Assembly: GCA_045863395.1 (NCBI GenBank)
Contig: BTVJ01000052.1
Span: 1-50,377, forward strand
Direction of reading: 5' to 3'
Source of the DNA: Myxococcales bacterium
GTDB taxonomy: Bacteria; Myxococcota_A; UBA9042; JABWCM01; BTVJ01
DNA length: 50,377 nucleotides
Shown: positions 9,094 to 20,862 of the stretch, one piece after another
How the letters are laid out: each line of letters begins with the position of its first letter
Position numbering within the stretch: position 1 is the first letter of the stretch
Translations under genes and position numbers: made by a program
Notes under the pieces: model-generated
What the model was told of the DNA's origin: nothing
The model's database searches: none
The model's input: the letters and a program-made list of their open reading frames with translations, nothing else

Positions 9094-11586
9094 TCAGGGC
9101 GCGTACACCATGGCCGCCGTCGCGACCACCGCGCCGTCCGTCACCTCCAGACGCAGGAGCTGACCAGCCCGCCCCGCAAGAATGCTCGGCCCGGCGAGCT
9201 CCGCCACCCCAGCGCCCCTCCCGACGGGCACCTCCTGCGTCCACAGCACGTCGTCGCCCGCCGCCAGGCGCAGGGTCAGGGTTCGAGGCCCCTCGTCGTT
9301 GACCACCCGCGCCTCGACCTGGCCTCCAACCAAGCGCAGCGCCGCCGCCACGGGCGCGTTTGCGGCGGCGACGATGGCGCGGGACCGCTCCACGGCGGCC
9401 GAAGGAACCCGCTCCGGCGCGGGCGTCGAGAAGGGGTAGCCGTTCTCGGGTCGCTCCCAGGACAGCACCCCCAGGAAGCCCGCCCCCTGCGCCCACTGCC
9501 ACCGGGCCTCGAAGACCTGCGAGGCAAGCCAGTGCGCGGCGACGAGGGCCCCCACGCTGGCCGGGTCCTTGGGATCGCCCTCCACTGCCGGCCGATCCCC
9601 CAGGAAGTGGGCCTTGGCGAACGCGATCAGCTCGGCGTCGGGGCCGGGCGCCACCTCCGCGACGCACGCAGGGACGCGCGGGAGCGACACGCCGTTCTCC
9701 CGCAGGCACCACAGCGCCGCGTAGAACTGGCGGAGCGTCAGGGACGTTCCGTTCGGGGCCTCGAGCCACCCCTCGATCTCGGCGCGCAGGGCGACGAGCG
9801 GGGGAGGTGACGCCGGCTCCAGGGTGTCCTCGAGGGCCGCCAGGTAGGCGAAGTGCTTCGTCCAGCCGTTGCCCAGCTCGCTCCACAGGACCGGGAGCGG
9901 CCCCTCCGCCAGGCCCTCGACCCGCGCGGGCAGGTCCCCGTACCCGTCCCAGGGCTGCCACCAGGACCCGAAGTAGGCGTGGCGGTCTGCAAGCGCTTCG
10001 TCCAGCGACCACGCGGGGTCTGGCGGAAACACCGCGGTGCCCCCACAGCCGGAGCACCCGATGACCACGAGGTGGGGAGCGATCTCCTGCGCCACTCCCA
10101 TCAGCGAGCCGATCAGGCTCCGGCACCAGGCGAGCTCGGCGGCGTTGGTCTCCCCGATCTCCGCCTCGTTGTGGATGGCGATGATGGCCACGGCCGGCTC
10201 TGCGGCCACCCGCCACAGGAACTCGGTGAACTCCCTCGTGATGTCGAACTTGGTGCCAACCCCCACGGACGTGTTCCAGTGCAGCGGGAAGTCCTGGTAC
10301 AGCAGGAAGCCGGCCGCCCGCGCCGCCCTGAGGAAGGCCGGGTCCGGCACGTGGTGGGCCGGGCGCAGCCACTGGGCGCCCACCGCTCGTGCCTCCCCGA
10401 GCAGCGCCGCGTACCGAGGCAGCAGCTCCTCTACCGACGCGTAGGTCATGGGCGCATACGGCCCGCTGAAGGGCGCGAGGCGGAGCCCGTGGTAGGTCGC
10501 CGCCCCCCGGGCGAAGTGGCGCTCCTCGTTGACCTCCAGAGAGGAGCCCACCAGCCGCACGCGCCGGTTGACGAGGGGAGTGGTGCGCACGTCGGACACC
10601 CGCCCCTCGTGCCGGAGCGTGACCTCCACCGTCGCCTCCTCGGTGCCACCCACCGGCACGTCAGCCAGCCCCTCCACGACCACCTCCACCAGGAGCCGCG
10701 CCCGCCCGTCCCCGTCCAGTGTGGCCTGGCGCGACTCGGTCAGCAGCGTCCCGCCCGACGGCGCGGTGAGTGTGATGTCCGCGGTGACCTTCGCGCCCTC
10801 CAGCTCGTAGCTCCCCTCCGCCTCCAGGCCGACACGCACGCGCGTCGCCGAGCCCTCGCGGGAGACGGGCGCCGCGTACAGGTGGGGCAGGCTCACCGGC
10901 CCCACGAGGCGGAGCCGGACGCTGCCCGGGAGCCCCACGGGGTTGACTCCCCACCCACCCTCGTCGGCGCCCTGAACGGTGCGGTGGCGGAAGCGCTCCA
11001 TGCCACCCCAGTGGTCGACGTCGTGGACGAAGTCCTGGACGAGCACCTCGATCCTCCCGGGGGAACCCCAGGGCACCGGGGCGGAGAAGGACCCGATGTA
11101 GCCCCGGTGGCGGCCCAGCTCGACCCCGTCCAGCAGCACGACGCTCTGGTAGTCCGCGGACTCGAGCTCCACGATCACCTGCGTGCCTGGTGGTGGCGCG
11201 CACGCCCACTCGACCGGCCACGTCAGGTCCCGCTCGTAGGCGACCTGCCCGGCAAGCTGGGCCTTCGGGAAGCGGTCGTAGGGGAGCAGCCACCCGGGCA
11301 CCGCGACCGACCCGAGGGCGTGTGGCTCCGCGCTGTCGAAGTAGTCGACCCCCTCTTCTTGTCGGTAGGTGGCGCTCCAGAGCCCATCGAGGCTCACGGT
11401 CCGCGGGACGCCAGCGGGGCACGGGTCCGCGGCACCAGCGTCAGCGTCGCCCGGCACCTGGGCTGGTGCGTCCGGCGTGCCTCCGTCCAGCGCGGCGGCG
11501 TCGGTGGGCTGCGGGTCCTCGATGACGCCCCGCCCTCCACACGACCCACACACGACCACCGCCGCCACGCACCAATGCAGCCTCAT
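9094..11586 (-). CDS. Glycoside hydrolase family 2-like lipoprotein
   Basis: Lipobox [42 protein letters not shown]; acid/base IHNE; nucleophile WSELG. Confidence 0.75.
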   Translation of the reverse strand: MRLHWCVAAVVVCGSCGGRGVIEDPQPTDAAALDGGTPDAPAQVPGDADAGAADPCPAGVPRTVSLDGLWSATYRQEEGVDYFDSAEPHALGSVAVPGWLLPYDRFPKAQLAGQVAYERDLTWPVEWACAPPPGTQVIVELESADYQSVVLLDGVELGRHRGYIGSFSAPVPWGSPGRIEVLVQDFVHDVDHWGGMERFRHRTVQGADEGGWGVNPVGLPGSVRLRLVGPVSLPHLYAAPVSREGSATRVRVGLEAEGSYELEGAKVTADITLTAPSGGTLLTESRQATLDGDGRARLLVEVVVEGLADVPVGGTEEATVEVTLRHEGRVSDVRTTPLVNRRVRLVGSSLEVNEERHFARGAATYHGLRLAPFSGPYAPMTYASVEELLPRYAALLGEARAVGAQWLRPAHHVPDPAFLRAARAAGFLLYQDFPLHWNTSVGVGTKFDITREFTEFLWRVAAEPAVAIIAIHNEAEIGETNAAELAWCRSLIGSLMGVAQEIAPHLVVIGCSGCGGTAVFPPDPAWSLDEALADRHAYFGSWWQPWDGYGDLPARVEGLAEGPLPVLWSELGNGWTKHFAYLAALEDTLEPASPPPLVALRAEIEGWLEAPNGTSLTLRQFYAALWCLRENGVSLPRVPACVAEVAPGPDAELIAFAKAHFLGDRPAVEGDPKDPASVGALVAAHWLASQVFEARWQWAQGAGFLGVLSWERPENGYPFSTPAPERVPSAAVERSRAIVAAANAPVAAALRLVGGQVEARVVNDEGPRTLTLRLAAGDDVLWTQEVPVGRGAGVAELAGPSILAGRAGQLLRLEVTDGAVVATAAMVYAP

Positions 11587-11658
11587 GCGCCACCTCTGCC
11601 CCTGGGACCCGCCCTGCATAGGGACCCACGATACCACACGCACGCGCGAGCAGCGCCG

Positions 11659-11688
11659 TTGACACGGCGCCCCCGCGCTGGGTATCGT
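11659..11688 (+). promoter_or_regulatory. Candidate sigma70 promoter TTGACA-N18-TATCGT, with the -35 box inside an inverted repeat
   Basis: TTGACA at 11659-11664, TATCGT at 11683-11688; GCGCCGT-TGAC-ACGGCGC at 11653-11670. Confidence 0.5.
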
Positions 11689-11847
11689 CGACGTATTCAG
11701 ACAGTGACTGCCCTCGCGGAGCACCTTCCGGGCGCGCCGCCAGGCGTCGAGGCCCCGCGGTGGGGCCCGCCCGCTTCGGTCCCCGCAGCCGAAGCCGACT
11801 CAACTGCCACCCCACCCATCGTTGATGGTGGGGAGTGGAGCGATAGC

Positions 11848-13719
<1,872 letters not shown>

Positions 13720-13838
13720 ATCTCATTACGGGGGCTCCGTTCGGGGTCCCCGTTCGGGGTCCCCGTTCTGGCCCTCCTCGCCTCCCCTGCCTATCATGTC
13801 GCCAGCGGGCGCGCTCCTGCGCTCGGAGGAGGTGGCCC

Positions 13839-14612
13839 ATGCTCGCCGAGGTCGCGGGGTGGACCCTGACAGCGCGCGCCGCCTGGGCGCTGGCGAGCGC
13901 GCTGGGCGCCTGGAGCTGCCCGGCGGGGGACGTGAGCGCTGGGTCATCGGACGAGGCAGCCATGGAGACCGCCCGACACACCATGGTGCGGGAGCAGATC
14001 GCCGCGCGGGGCGTGCGTGACGAGCGGGTGCTCGCCGCCATGCGCGCGGTCCCGCGCCACCGGTTCATGCCCGAGGACGTGCGCCAGTACGCCTACGACG
14101 ACGGGCCGCTCCCCATCGGGTATGACCAGACCATCAGCCAGCCCTTCATCGTGGCGCTCATGACGGAGCTGGCACGGGTTGGCCCCGACGCCAAGGTGCT
14201 GGAGGTGGGCACCGGGTCGGGTTACCAGGCGGCGGTGCTCGCAAAGATCGTGAAGGAGGTCTACACGATCGAGATCGTCGGTCCGCTCGCCGAGCGGTCC
14301 CGCGCGACCCTGGCGGAGCTGGGCTTCACCAACGTCCACGTGCGTCATGGGGACGGGTACGCAGGCTGGCCGGACGAGGCGCCCTTTGACGCCATCCTGG
14401 TCACGGCGGCGCCGCCGACCATCCCCGAGCCGCTCATCCGGCAGCTCAAGCAGGGGGGGCGCATGGTGGTCCCGGTCGGGGAGGGCGTCCAGGATCTGCG
14501 CGTGGTCGAGCGCTCCGGCGACGGGGTCATCCAGCGCAGCGTGATCCCCGTGCGCTTCGTGCCCATGACTGGCGCCGTGCGGGGAGATCCCCCACCGGCG
14601 CCTCCCCGCTGA
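13839..14612 (+). CDS. pcm: Protein-L-isoaspartate O-methyltransferase with N-terminal hydrophobic extension
   Basis: QTISQP, VLEVGTGSGYQAAVL, APFDAILVTAA, VRFVPM. Confidence 0.92.
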   Translation: MLAEVAGWTLTARAAWALASALGAWSCPAGDVSAGSSDEAAMETARHTMVREQIAARGVRDERVLAAMRAVPRHRFMPEDVRQYAYDDGPLPIGYDQTISQPFIVALMTELARVGPDAKVLEVGTGSGYQAAVLAKIVKEVYTIEIVGPLAERSRATLAELGFTNVHVRHGDGYAGWPDEAPFDAILVTAAPPTIPEPLIRQLKQGGRMVVPVGEGVQDLRVVERSGDGVIQRSVIPVRFVPMTGAVRGDPPPAPPR

Positions 14613-14652
14613 CCTCCTCCGCAGCACCCACCACTTCCCCGCCTGGAGAGAC

Positions 14653-15939
14653 ATGCAGTCCGCACCCGAGCGCCCCTTGGGCACGGTCGCCGCCACGGCG
14701 CTGGTCGTCGCCAGCATGATCGGCACCGGCATCTTCACGACGTCGGGCTATCTGTCCGGGCTCCTCGGCAGCCCCCTCGCGGTGCTCGCCGTGTGGGTGG
14801 TCGGCGGGCTGCTCGCCCTCTGCGGCGCCGCCGTCTACGCGGAGCTGGGCGCCATGATGCCACGGGCCGGCGGCGAGTACGTCTACCTCTCCCGCGCCTT
14901 CGGGCCGGCCACCGGCTTCCTGTCTGGCTGGATCTCCCTCGTCGTCGGCTTCGCCGCGCCCATCGCCGCCAGCGCCTACGCGTTCGGGGCCTACGTGCAC
15001 GCCGTCGCCCCGGCGGTCCCGCCCGTCTGGGCAGCGGTCGCCCTGGTCGCCGCGATGACGGCCCTGCACATGGTGGACGTGACCTGGGGGGCCCGGGTCC
15101 AGACCGCGCTGTCGGCCTTCAAGGTGCTGATCATCGTCGCCTTCGTGACGGCCGCGGCGCTGGTGGGAGACGGCGACACGGCAAACCTGGTGGAGCCTCC
15201 CTTGACGGGTGGCGCCGAGGAGCTCGCCGTGGCCTTGGTGCTGGTCTCCTTCGCCTACTCGGGGTGGAACGCGGCCGCCTACGTGGCCGGGGAGCTGCGG
15301 GAGCCCGCGCGCTCACTCCCGCGCTCGCTCCTCCTCGGCACTGGCGCCGTGCTGGCCCTCTACGTGGCGCTCAACCTGGCCTTCTTCTACGGCGCCGGCT
15401 CCGTCGCGCTCGCGGCCAGCCCCGAGGACGTCGGCGACGTGGCGGCGCGGGCGCTGTTCGGTGATGCGGGCGCCGGCTTCTCCGTGGCCATCGCGCTGGC
15501 GCTGGTCTCGTCGGTGAGCGCCATGGTGTTTGCCGGACCTCGCGTGTACCTGGCCATGGCCCAGGACGGCCTGCTCTTCGGGGCGCTCGCCCGGCGGAAC
15601 GTCCGCGGCGCCCCGTGGGCCAGCGTGGCGCTGCAGGGCGCCCTGGCCACCGCGTTGATCCTCACGACGACCTTCGAGGACCTCCTGACCTGGATCGGCT
15701 TCACCCTCAGCGTCTTCGCGGCCCTGACGGTCCTCGGGGCCTTCGTGCTGCGCCTGCGGGACCCGGCCGCCCGCCCCTACCGGGCGATGGGGTGGCCGCT
15801 GACGCCGCTGCTCTTCCTGGGCCTCTCCGTCTGGATGGTGATCTTCTCGGTGCGCGCCCGCCCCGAGATCGCCCTGGCCGGTGGCGCGACCCTGGCCGCG
15901 GGCCTGATCGTCTACCTCGTCCGGCGCCGGCTGTGGTAG
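14653..15939 (+). CDS. APC family amino acid permease
   Basis: MIGTGIF, YAELGAMMPRAGGEYVYL, FAYSGWN; about 12 hydrophobic segments. Confidence 0.9.
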   Translation: MQSAPERPLGTVAATALVVASMIGTGIFTTSGYLSGLLGSPLAVLAVWVVGGLLALCGAAVYAELGAMMPRAGGEYVYLSRAFGPATGFLSGWISLVVGFAAPIAASAYAFGAYVHAVAPAVPPVWAAVALVAAMTALHMVDVTWGARVQTALSAFKVLIIVAFVTAAALVGDGDTANLVEPPLTGGAEELAVALVLVSFAYSGWNAAAYVAGELREPARSLPRSLLLGTGAVLALYVALNLAFFYGAGSVALAASPEDVGDVAARALFGDAGAGFSVAIALALVSSVSAMVFAGPRVYLAMAQDGLLFGALARRNVRGAPWASVALQGALATALILTTTFEDLLTWIGFTLSVFAALTVLGAFVLRLRDPAARPYRAMGWPLTPLLFLGLSVWMVIFSVRARPEIALAGGATLAAGLIVYLVRRRLW

Positions 15940-16039
15940 GGGGCCGCTGGAGTCCCGGCGCGAGCTCCCCAGGTCGCCACTCCCCCCAGGTTGTCTTCCT
16001 CCTGGCCGGCGAGGCTGCCTGAGCCCAGGGCAGCAGAGA

Positions 16040-17377
16040 CTACTCCTGCGCCATCTGGCGCCCGATTGCCAGCTCCAGCGCCGCGCGGGCGACGAGGTGT
16101 GCCCGCACCGCCTCGGCGTGGCTGTGGCGGGCCTTGGTGTACGCGGCGAGACCCTCCAGGAGGTCCCGCGCCTCGCCCGTGCCCGCGCTGTAGGCGACCT
16201 CGGCGAAGGTCATCCACTTGCGGGTCGCCTGAGCTCCCTCCGCGGCCAGCTCCGCGCTGCGGCGAGTCTCCGTCACCTGCTGCCACGCGCGGCGCACCTC
16301 CAGGGGAATGCCCGTCTCCGCGACTCGCGCCTGGGCCGCCACCTGCTCCGCGGTGGCGCGGGCGCCGCCGGCCTTGGCAGTCGCCAGCGCGGGGTCGAAG
16401 TCCCAGCTCAGGCCCAAGGCCACGCCGCCCGTGATCCCGTTCCAGGGGTCGGCCAGGTAGGGGTTGGTCGTGTCCTCGCGGGTCGGGGTCCAGTCCATGC
16501 GCACCTGCGCCGCCGCGAAGAGCACGGGGTGCATGGCCCGCAGCTCCGCCTGCTCCCACCAGCGGGCTGCGACGAGGCCGTCCGCCGCCTGGTCGAGCTC
16601 TGGCCGCCCTGTTCGCGCTCTGGCAACGAGAGTCACCAGGTCCTCCGTCTCGTCGGGAGGCAGCGGCGGGAGGCGGTCCTCGGCCAGAGCAGGCGGATGC
16701 TCGAGCCCCATGAGGTGCGCCAGGGCCCACCACGCCAGCTCCGCGCCGCCCTCCGCCTCGATGCGTGCACGCTGGAGCTCGACGCTGGCCGCTCGCAGGC
16801 GCTGCCGGTCCGCCTGGGTCACCTGGCCCGTGCCCTGCTGGTACAGCTCATCCGCGCGCTGCTCCGCGCGGTGCAGCACCTCCAGCGCCGCGTCCAGTGT
16901 GGGGAGCAGCGTCAGCGCGAACAGACGTGCATAGTAGAGCTCGCGCACCTGAAAGGCGACGCGGAGGCGCGCCTCCAGGGCCCGCGCGCGCTCCACGCGG
17001 ATCCGCCCGCTCGCCGCCTCCTCCGCGGCCGCCGTCCGGCCGAAGGTCCACAGGGGCTGCACGACGCGCGCCTCCACGTGGAGGGTGGTGCCCCAGTCCT
17101 CGATGCTCTTCCACCGCGTGGTCACCGCGCGGTCGAGGCCCGTGCCCTCCACCGTGTAGTTCGGGGCGACCCAGAGCAGCGCACCGATCTTGGGCGCGTA
17201 GACGGACCCCACCTCGTCGAGGCGCGCGTCCCACTCCCGCACCCTGGCATCGGCCAGCTCCACCGCAGCGCTCTCGCCCACCGCAATGCGCACGCAGTCG
17301 TCTACGTCCAGGGGGGCCTCGCGGCCCCTCGCTCCGACACACAGCAGCCCGAGGACCAACGCAGCCGCGGGCCTCAT
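16040..17377 (-). CDS. TolC family outer membrane efflux protein
   Basis: Signal peptide; QPLWTFG, VRELYY, RPEL, LGLSWDF, AEVAYSAGTG, ARAALELAIG; ATGA overlap with the upstream gene. Confidence 0.85.
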   Translation of the reverse strand: MRPAAALVLGLLCVGARGREAPLDVDDCVRIAVGESAAVELADARVREWDARLDEVGSVYAPKIGALLWVAPNYTVEGTGLDRAVTTRWKSIEDWGTTLHVEARVVQPLWTFGRTAAAEEAASGRIRVERARALEARLRVAFQVRELYYARLFALTLLPTLDAALEVLHRAEQRADELYQQGTGQVTQADRQRLRAASVELQRARIEAEGGAELAWWALAHLMGLEHPPALAEDRLPPLPPDETEDLVTLVARARTGRPELDQAADGLVAARWWEQAELRAMHPVLFAAAQVRMDWTPTREDTTNPYLADPWNGITGGVALGLSWDFDPALATAKAGGARATAEQVAAQARVAETGIPLEVRRAWQQVTETRRSAELAAEGAQATRKWMTFAEVAYSAGTGEARDLLEGLAAYTKARHSHAEAVRAHLVARAALELAIGRQMAQE

Positions 17378-18000
17378 GGAGCCGCCCCGTGGCGTGCGCG
17401 CTCCTCGTCGAGGCGCCTCTCCAATCGCGAGATGAGGGCCGCGGCCCCCTCTCTCTCCAGGATGCGTCCGAACTGGTTCCGGTAGTCCGCCACCAGCGAG
17501 TCGCCGTCGAAGCTCACGTCCACCAGGAGCAGGGGGCCGTCGCCCCGCGTCCGCCAGTGGAAGATGACGTCCGTGTCGAGGTCCTTGCGGGGCACGCGCG
17601 CTGCCATGTGGACGTCTGCGCCGCCAGCCGTCTCCACCTCCCGCAGCGTCCAGGTCGCCTCGCGGAAGAAGCCCCCCGCGTTGGACCAGGCCACGGTGCG
17701 GATCAGCTCCGTGAAGACCTCCCGGTAGCGACGGAGCTGGGGCGCGTCGAGCTTCCCCTCGTGGGGCGCCATGGGGTCGCCCACCAGGCGGTCGAAGTCG
17801 AAGTACCCGTCGAGGGCCGCCAGGGCGAACTGGTTCTGGCGCTGCTCCTCGGGCGTCAGCGGCGCTCCCTCCGAGCGGTGCACGGCCTTGAAGGTCTCGA
17901 TGAGGCCCTCGGTGCGTGCGATGGAGCCCCCCGGGGGGGCCGCCGCGACGAGCGCGCCGAGCAGGGCGCCGAGCATGGGTTCTACGAGGCTGCCCATCAC
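17374..18000 (-). CDS. MlaC/Ttg2D (HpnM-like) periplasmic lipid-binding protein
   Basis: Signal peptide; LDGYFDFDRL, YREVFTELI, LVDVSFDGDSLVADYRNQFGRILEREGAAALISRL (MlaC C-terminal signature). Confidence 0.82.
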   Translation of the reverse strand: MMGSLVEPMLGALLGALVAAAPPGGSIARTEGLIETFKAVHRSEGAPLTPEEQRQNQFALAALDGYFDFDRLVGDPMAPHEGKLDAPQLRRYREVFTELIRTVAWSNAGGFFREATWTLREVETAGGADVHMAARVPRKDLDTDVIFHWRTRGDGPLLLVDVSFDGDSLVADYRNQFGRILEREGAAALISRLERRLDEERARHGAAP

Positions 18001-20852
18001 CCACCTCCCAGGGCGCCGCCTACGAGACGCAGGCACAGGAGGAGCGTCCCCGCCAGCAGCCCCGCGAGCAGGTCGTCTCCCATGACGCCGACGCCACCGT
18101 GCACGCGCGCGTCCACCACGCGGATCGGGCCAGGCTTCAGGATGTCGAACGCCCGGAACAGGACGAAGGCCGCGATGACCCAGAGCGGGGTCCACGGCAC
18201 GAAGGCGAGCGCCAGGAGGCAGCCGAAGAGCTCGTCGAGGACCACCTCCTGGGGGTCGTTGCCCCCACCGCTCCGCCGCATGTACCGATCGATGACCAGG
18301 ACCGCCGCCACCGAGCCGGCGCCGATGACCCCCGCCCACACCCACCATGAGGAGCCGTGCAGCAGCGCCGCCACCGGCAGCGCCATCACGGCCCCGAAGG
18401 TGCCGGGCGCCCGCGGCGACAGGCCGAGCAGACCGACGGTGGAGATGCCCTGGACGATGCGCTGGCCGCGTGGCCCCCTGTGCTTCAGCGCCTCCAGCAG
18501 GGCGGGCAGCACCACGAGGCACACGATGAGGTTGACGGCCAGCCCGAGGAGGATCAGCCGGGCGATGGAGGTCAGCCCCTCGTGGTCGGCGACCAGCAGG
18601 GCCGCGAAGCCGAGGCCGGTCGTCAGGAGCGAGCCCGTGATGCCGCGGCCGGTCTCGTCGATGATCGCCGGCACGGCCACCCCGGCCCGGTGACGCACCA
18701 GCACGTGGAGGCCGCCGTCGAGGCTCATGCCGACCAGCGCCGGCAGCATGACCACGTTGAGATAGTTGAGCTCGGCGCCGCAGAGCGGCATGAGCCCGAA
18801 GGTCGCCATCAGCGTGACGACCGCTGGTGCGAGGCCCAGCAGCGCGAAGCGAAGGCTCCCGAGGAGCAGCCACATGACCGCGAGGCTCACCGCGATGGTC
18901 CCGAGCAGCAGGCGAGGCGCCTCGGACTCCACGATGTCGAGGACGTCGGCGAGGATCATGCTCTCTCCAGCGACCTGGGCGCCGTCCACGCCCCTCACCG
19001 CGCCGCGCACCTCACGCGCAAGCCGGCGCACGGCGGCCCCGTCGCTCTGGTCCACGCTGGCGAAGAGCAGCACGAAGGCGCGGTCCAAGGTGCCGTCCGG
19101 GCGCTGGAACTGGCGGAGCACCTCTGACGGGAGCCCATCGACGGTGAAGGGCCTGGCGCGGGCCTGGACCCGCAGGTCCTCCAGGCGTTCCCGATCCTCG
19201 GGCGCCAACCACCGGGGCTTCACCCTGTCGAGGGCCCGCGTCAGCCGGTCCAGCTCCGCGCGCTTCTGCTCCTGGTCCGGGGGCACCAGGTCCGTGACGG
19301 TGGTGGCGAAGTCCACGGTGGCGGCCCCCGACTGCGCGAGCTTCCGCGCGATCCTGCGGGCGTCGGCCTCCGAGCCCGTCATCACCACCATGGGCGTCTG
19401 GGAGTAGCCGAGCAGGCGGTTCACCTCCTCGTCCAGGCGGAAGGACGGGAGCCCCCGCGACTGGAGCGCCGTGAAGTTCTGGTCGAAGTGGAGCGCGCCC
19501 TGGTTTGCCATGAGCAGGGCAAGGCCCAGCGCCCCGGCCCAGAAGAGGGCCGGTGACCACCGGGGCATGGCGCGGGCCAGGGAGGACGCGGGCCGGGCGC
19601 GCAGGGAGACCGCCCTGCCGAAGAGTGACAGCAGGGCCGGCAGGCAGAGCCCGTAGGCGGCGACGATGGCGAGGGTGCCGAACGCCGTCAGCACGCCGAA
19701 CTCCCGGAAGGCGCGGAAGGCCGAGAACGCGAGGCTCGCCAGGGCCGCCGCGGTGGTCAGGGACGCGAGCAGCACCCCGCGACCGGTGGTGCGGAAGGCC
19801 GTTGCGATGGCCTCTGCGCTCGGCGCGCCGCGAGTCCGCTCCAGCTCGTAGCGTGTGAGCAGGTGGATGCCGTGGTCGATGCCCAGGCCGAGCAGGATGA
19901 CCCCCGCAAACGCCGTCAGGATGTTGAGCTGCCCGAAGGCAAAGCCCGCAAGCCCGAACATCCACACCAGGCCCGTCGCCAGGGGGGCGATGACCAACGC
20001 CACGGCGCGGAGGCGGCGGAAGTGCACGGCGAGGTAGGCGAGCATCAGCGCCAGCGCCAGCGTCGACGAGATCCCTAGGTCCTTGGACAGCTCCTCCTGC
20101 TGGTCGAGGCGCTTCGGGAAGCGCCCGGTGAGGCCGACGCGCGCGCCGGGGCCGTAGGCGGCCATGTCTAGGCTCGTGACCAGCGCGCGCGCGGGCTCCA
20201 CCACCTCGCGCGTGAGCGCCAGGTCCGAGGCGCGCCCCTCGGGTCGCGCCATGACGGCGACCATGCCGTCGCCGGTGTAGAGGTCGTGGCGGCCAATGCG
20301 CCGGATCCACTGGCTGCCCGGCGCCTCGATCTCGTCGCGCTGCTCCAAGGCGAGCGGGGGCGGCGCGTCCTCCAGATCCACGAACATCGGGTTCTGCTTG
20401 CGGCGCTCCCAGGCGATGCGGGCCTCGACGCGGTCCGTGAGGTCTCGCAGGTCTGCGAGGGGGAGGTAGTAGAGCGCCCGGTCCCGGAAGAACGCGACCG
20501 GTCGGCGTGAGTCGACCCAGCGGATGTGCGGCAGCTCGGCCAGGCGCCGCGCCACGTCGTCCGCGAAGGCGTGCTGGCGGCCCGGGTCCACGTGGGTGCC
20601 GACGACCGTGACCGTGCCCACGCCCCCGAAGCGATCCTCCATGGCGCGGAGCGCGGTGACGCTCTCGTGGGACTCGGGCAGCGCGCTGGTCAGGTCCGTG
20701 TCGAGGCGCAGGCGGGACGCCCCGACCAGCGCGACTGCGACCAGCGCGGCGGCTACCGCCAGGATCGCCCACGGGTGCCGGTGCCCGCGGGCGGCGAGCG
20801 CCGACAGCCAACCGTCCACGCGCGGGAGGAAGCCGGTGTCCGCGGTGCCCAT
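17997..20852 (-). CDS. MMPL/RND lipid transporter fused to a C-terminal PgpA (phosphatidylglycerophosphatase A-like) domain
   Basis: MMPL TM4 GLGIDHGIHLL and TM10 GMSLDGGLHV. The last ~150 aa carry PgpA motifs GLSPRAPGTFG, DPQEVVLDE, FRAFDILKPGPI, GGVGVMGDDLLAG in the same frame. Confidence 0.88.
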   Translation of the reverse strand: MGTADTGFLPRVDGWLSALAARGHRHPWAILAVAAALVAVALVGASRLRLDTDLTSALPESHESVTALRAMEDRFGGVGTVTVVGTHVDPGRQHAFADDVARRLAELPHIRWVDSRRPVAFFRDRALYYLPLADLRDLTDRVEARIAWERRKQNPMFVDLEDAPPPLALEQRDEIEAPGSQWIRRIGRHDLYTGDGMVAVMARPEGRASDLALTREVVEPARALVTSLDMAAYGPGARVGLTGRFPKRLDQQEELSKDLGISSTLALALMLAYLAVHFRRLRAVALVIAPLATGLVWMFGLAGFAFGQLNILTAFAGVILLGLGIDHGIHLLTRYELERTRGAPSAEAIATAFRTTGRGVLLASLTTAAALASLAFSAFRAFREFGVLTAFGTLAIVAAYGLCLPALLSLFGRAVSLRARPASSLARAMPRWSPALFWAGALGLALLMANQGALHFDQNFTALQSRGLPSFRLDEEVNRLLGYSQTPMVVMTGSEADARRIARKLAQSGAATVDFATTVTDLVPPDQEQKRAELDRLTRALDRVKPRWLAPEDRERLEDLRVQARARPFTVDGLPSEVLRQFQRPDGTLDRAFVLLFASVDQSDGAAVRRLAREVRGAVRGVDGAQVAGESMILADVLDIVESEAPRLLLGTIAVSLAVMWLLLGSLRFALLGLAPAVVTLMATFGLMPLCGAELNYLNVVMLPALVGMSLDGGLHVLVRHRAGVAVPAIIDETGRGITGSLLTTGLGFAALLVADHEGLTSIARLILLGLAVNLIVCLVVLPALLEALKHRGPRGQRIVQGISTVGLLGLSPRAPGTFGAVMALPVAALLHGSSWWVWAGVIGAGSVAAVLVIDRYMRRSGGGNDPQEVVLDELFGCLLALAFVPWTPLWVIAAFVLFRAFDILKPGPIRVVDARVHGGVGVMGDDLLAGLLAGTLLLCLRLVGGALGGG

Positions 20853-20862
20853 GGCCGCTCCT

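Noticed and set aside
9853..11847. N-terminal extension of the 1288-aa ORF
   Set aside because: Antisense to the GH2 gene; the real start is ATG 11848 with RBS and signal peptide.
13730..13768. Short repeat GGGGTCCCCGTTC, 2-3 copies, after the TSP gene
   Set aside because: Too short and GC-rich to assign; no U-tract for an intrinsic terminator.
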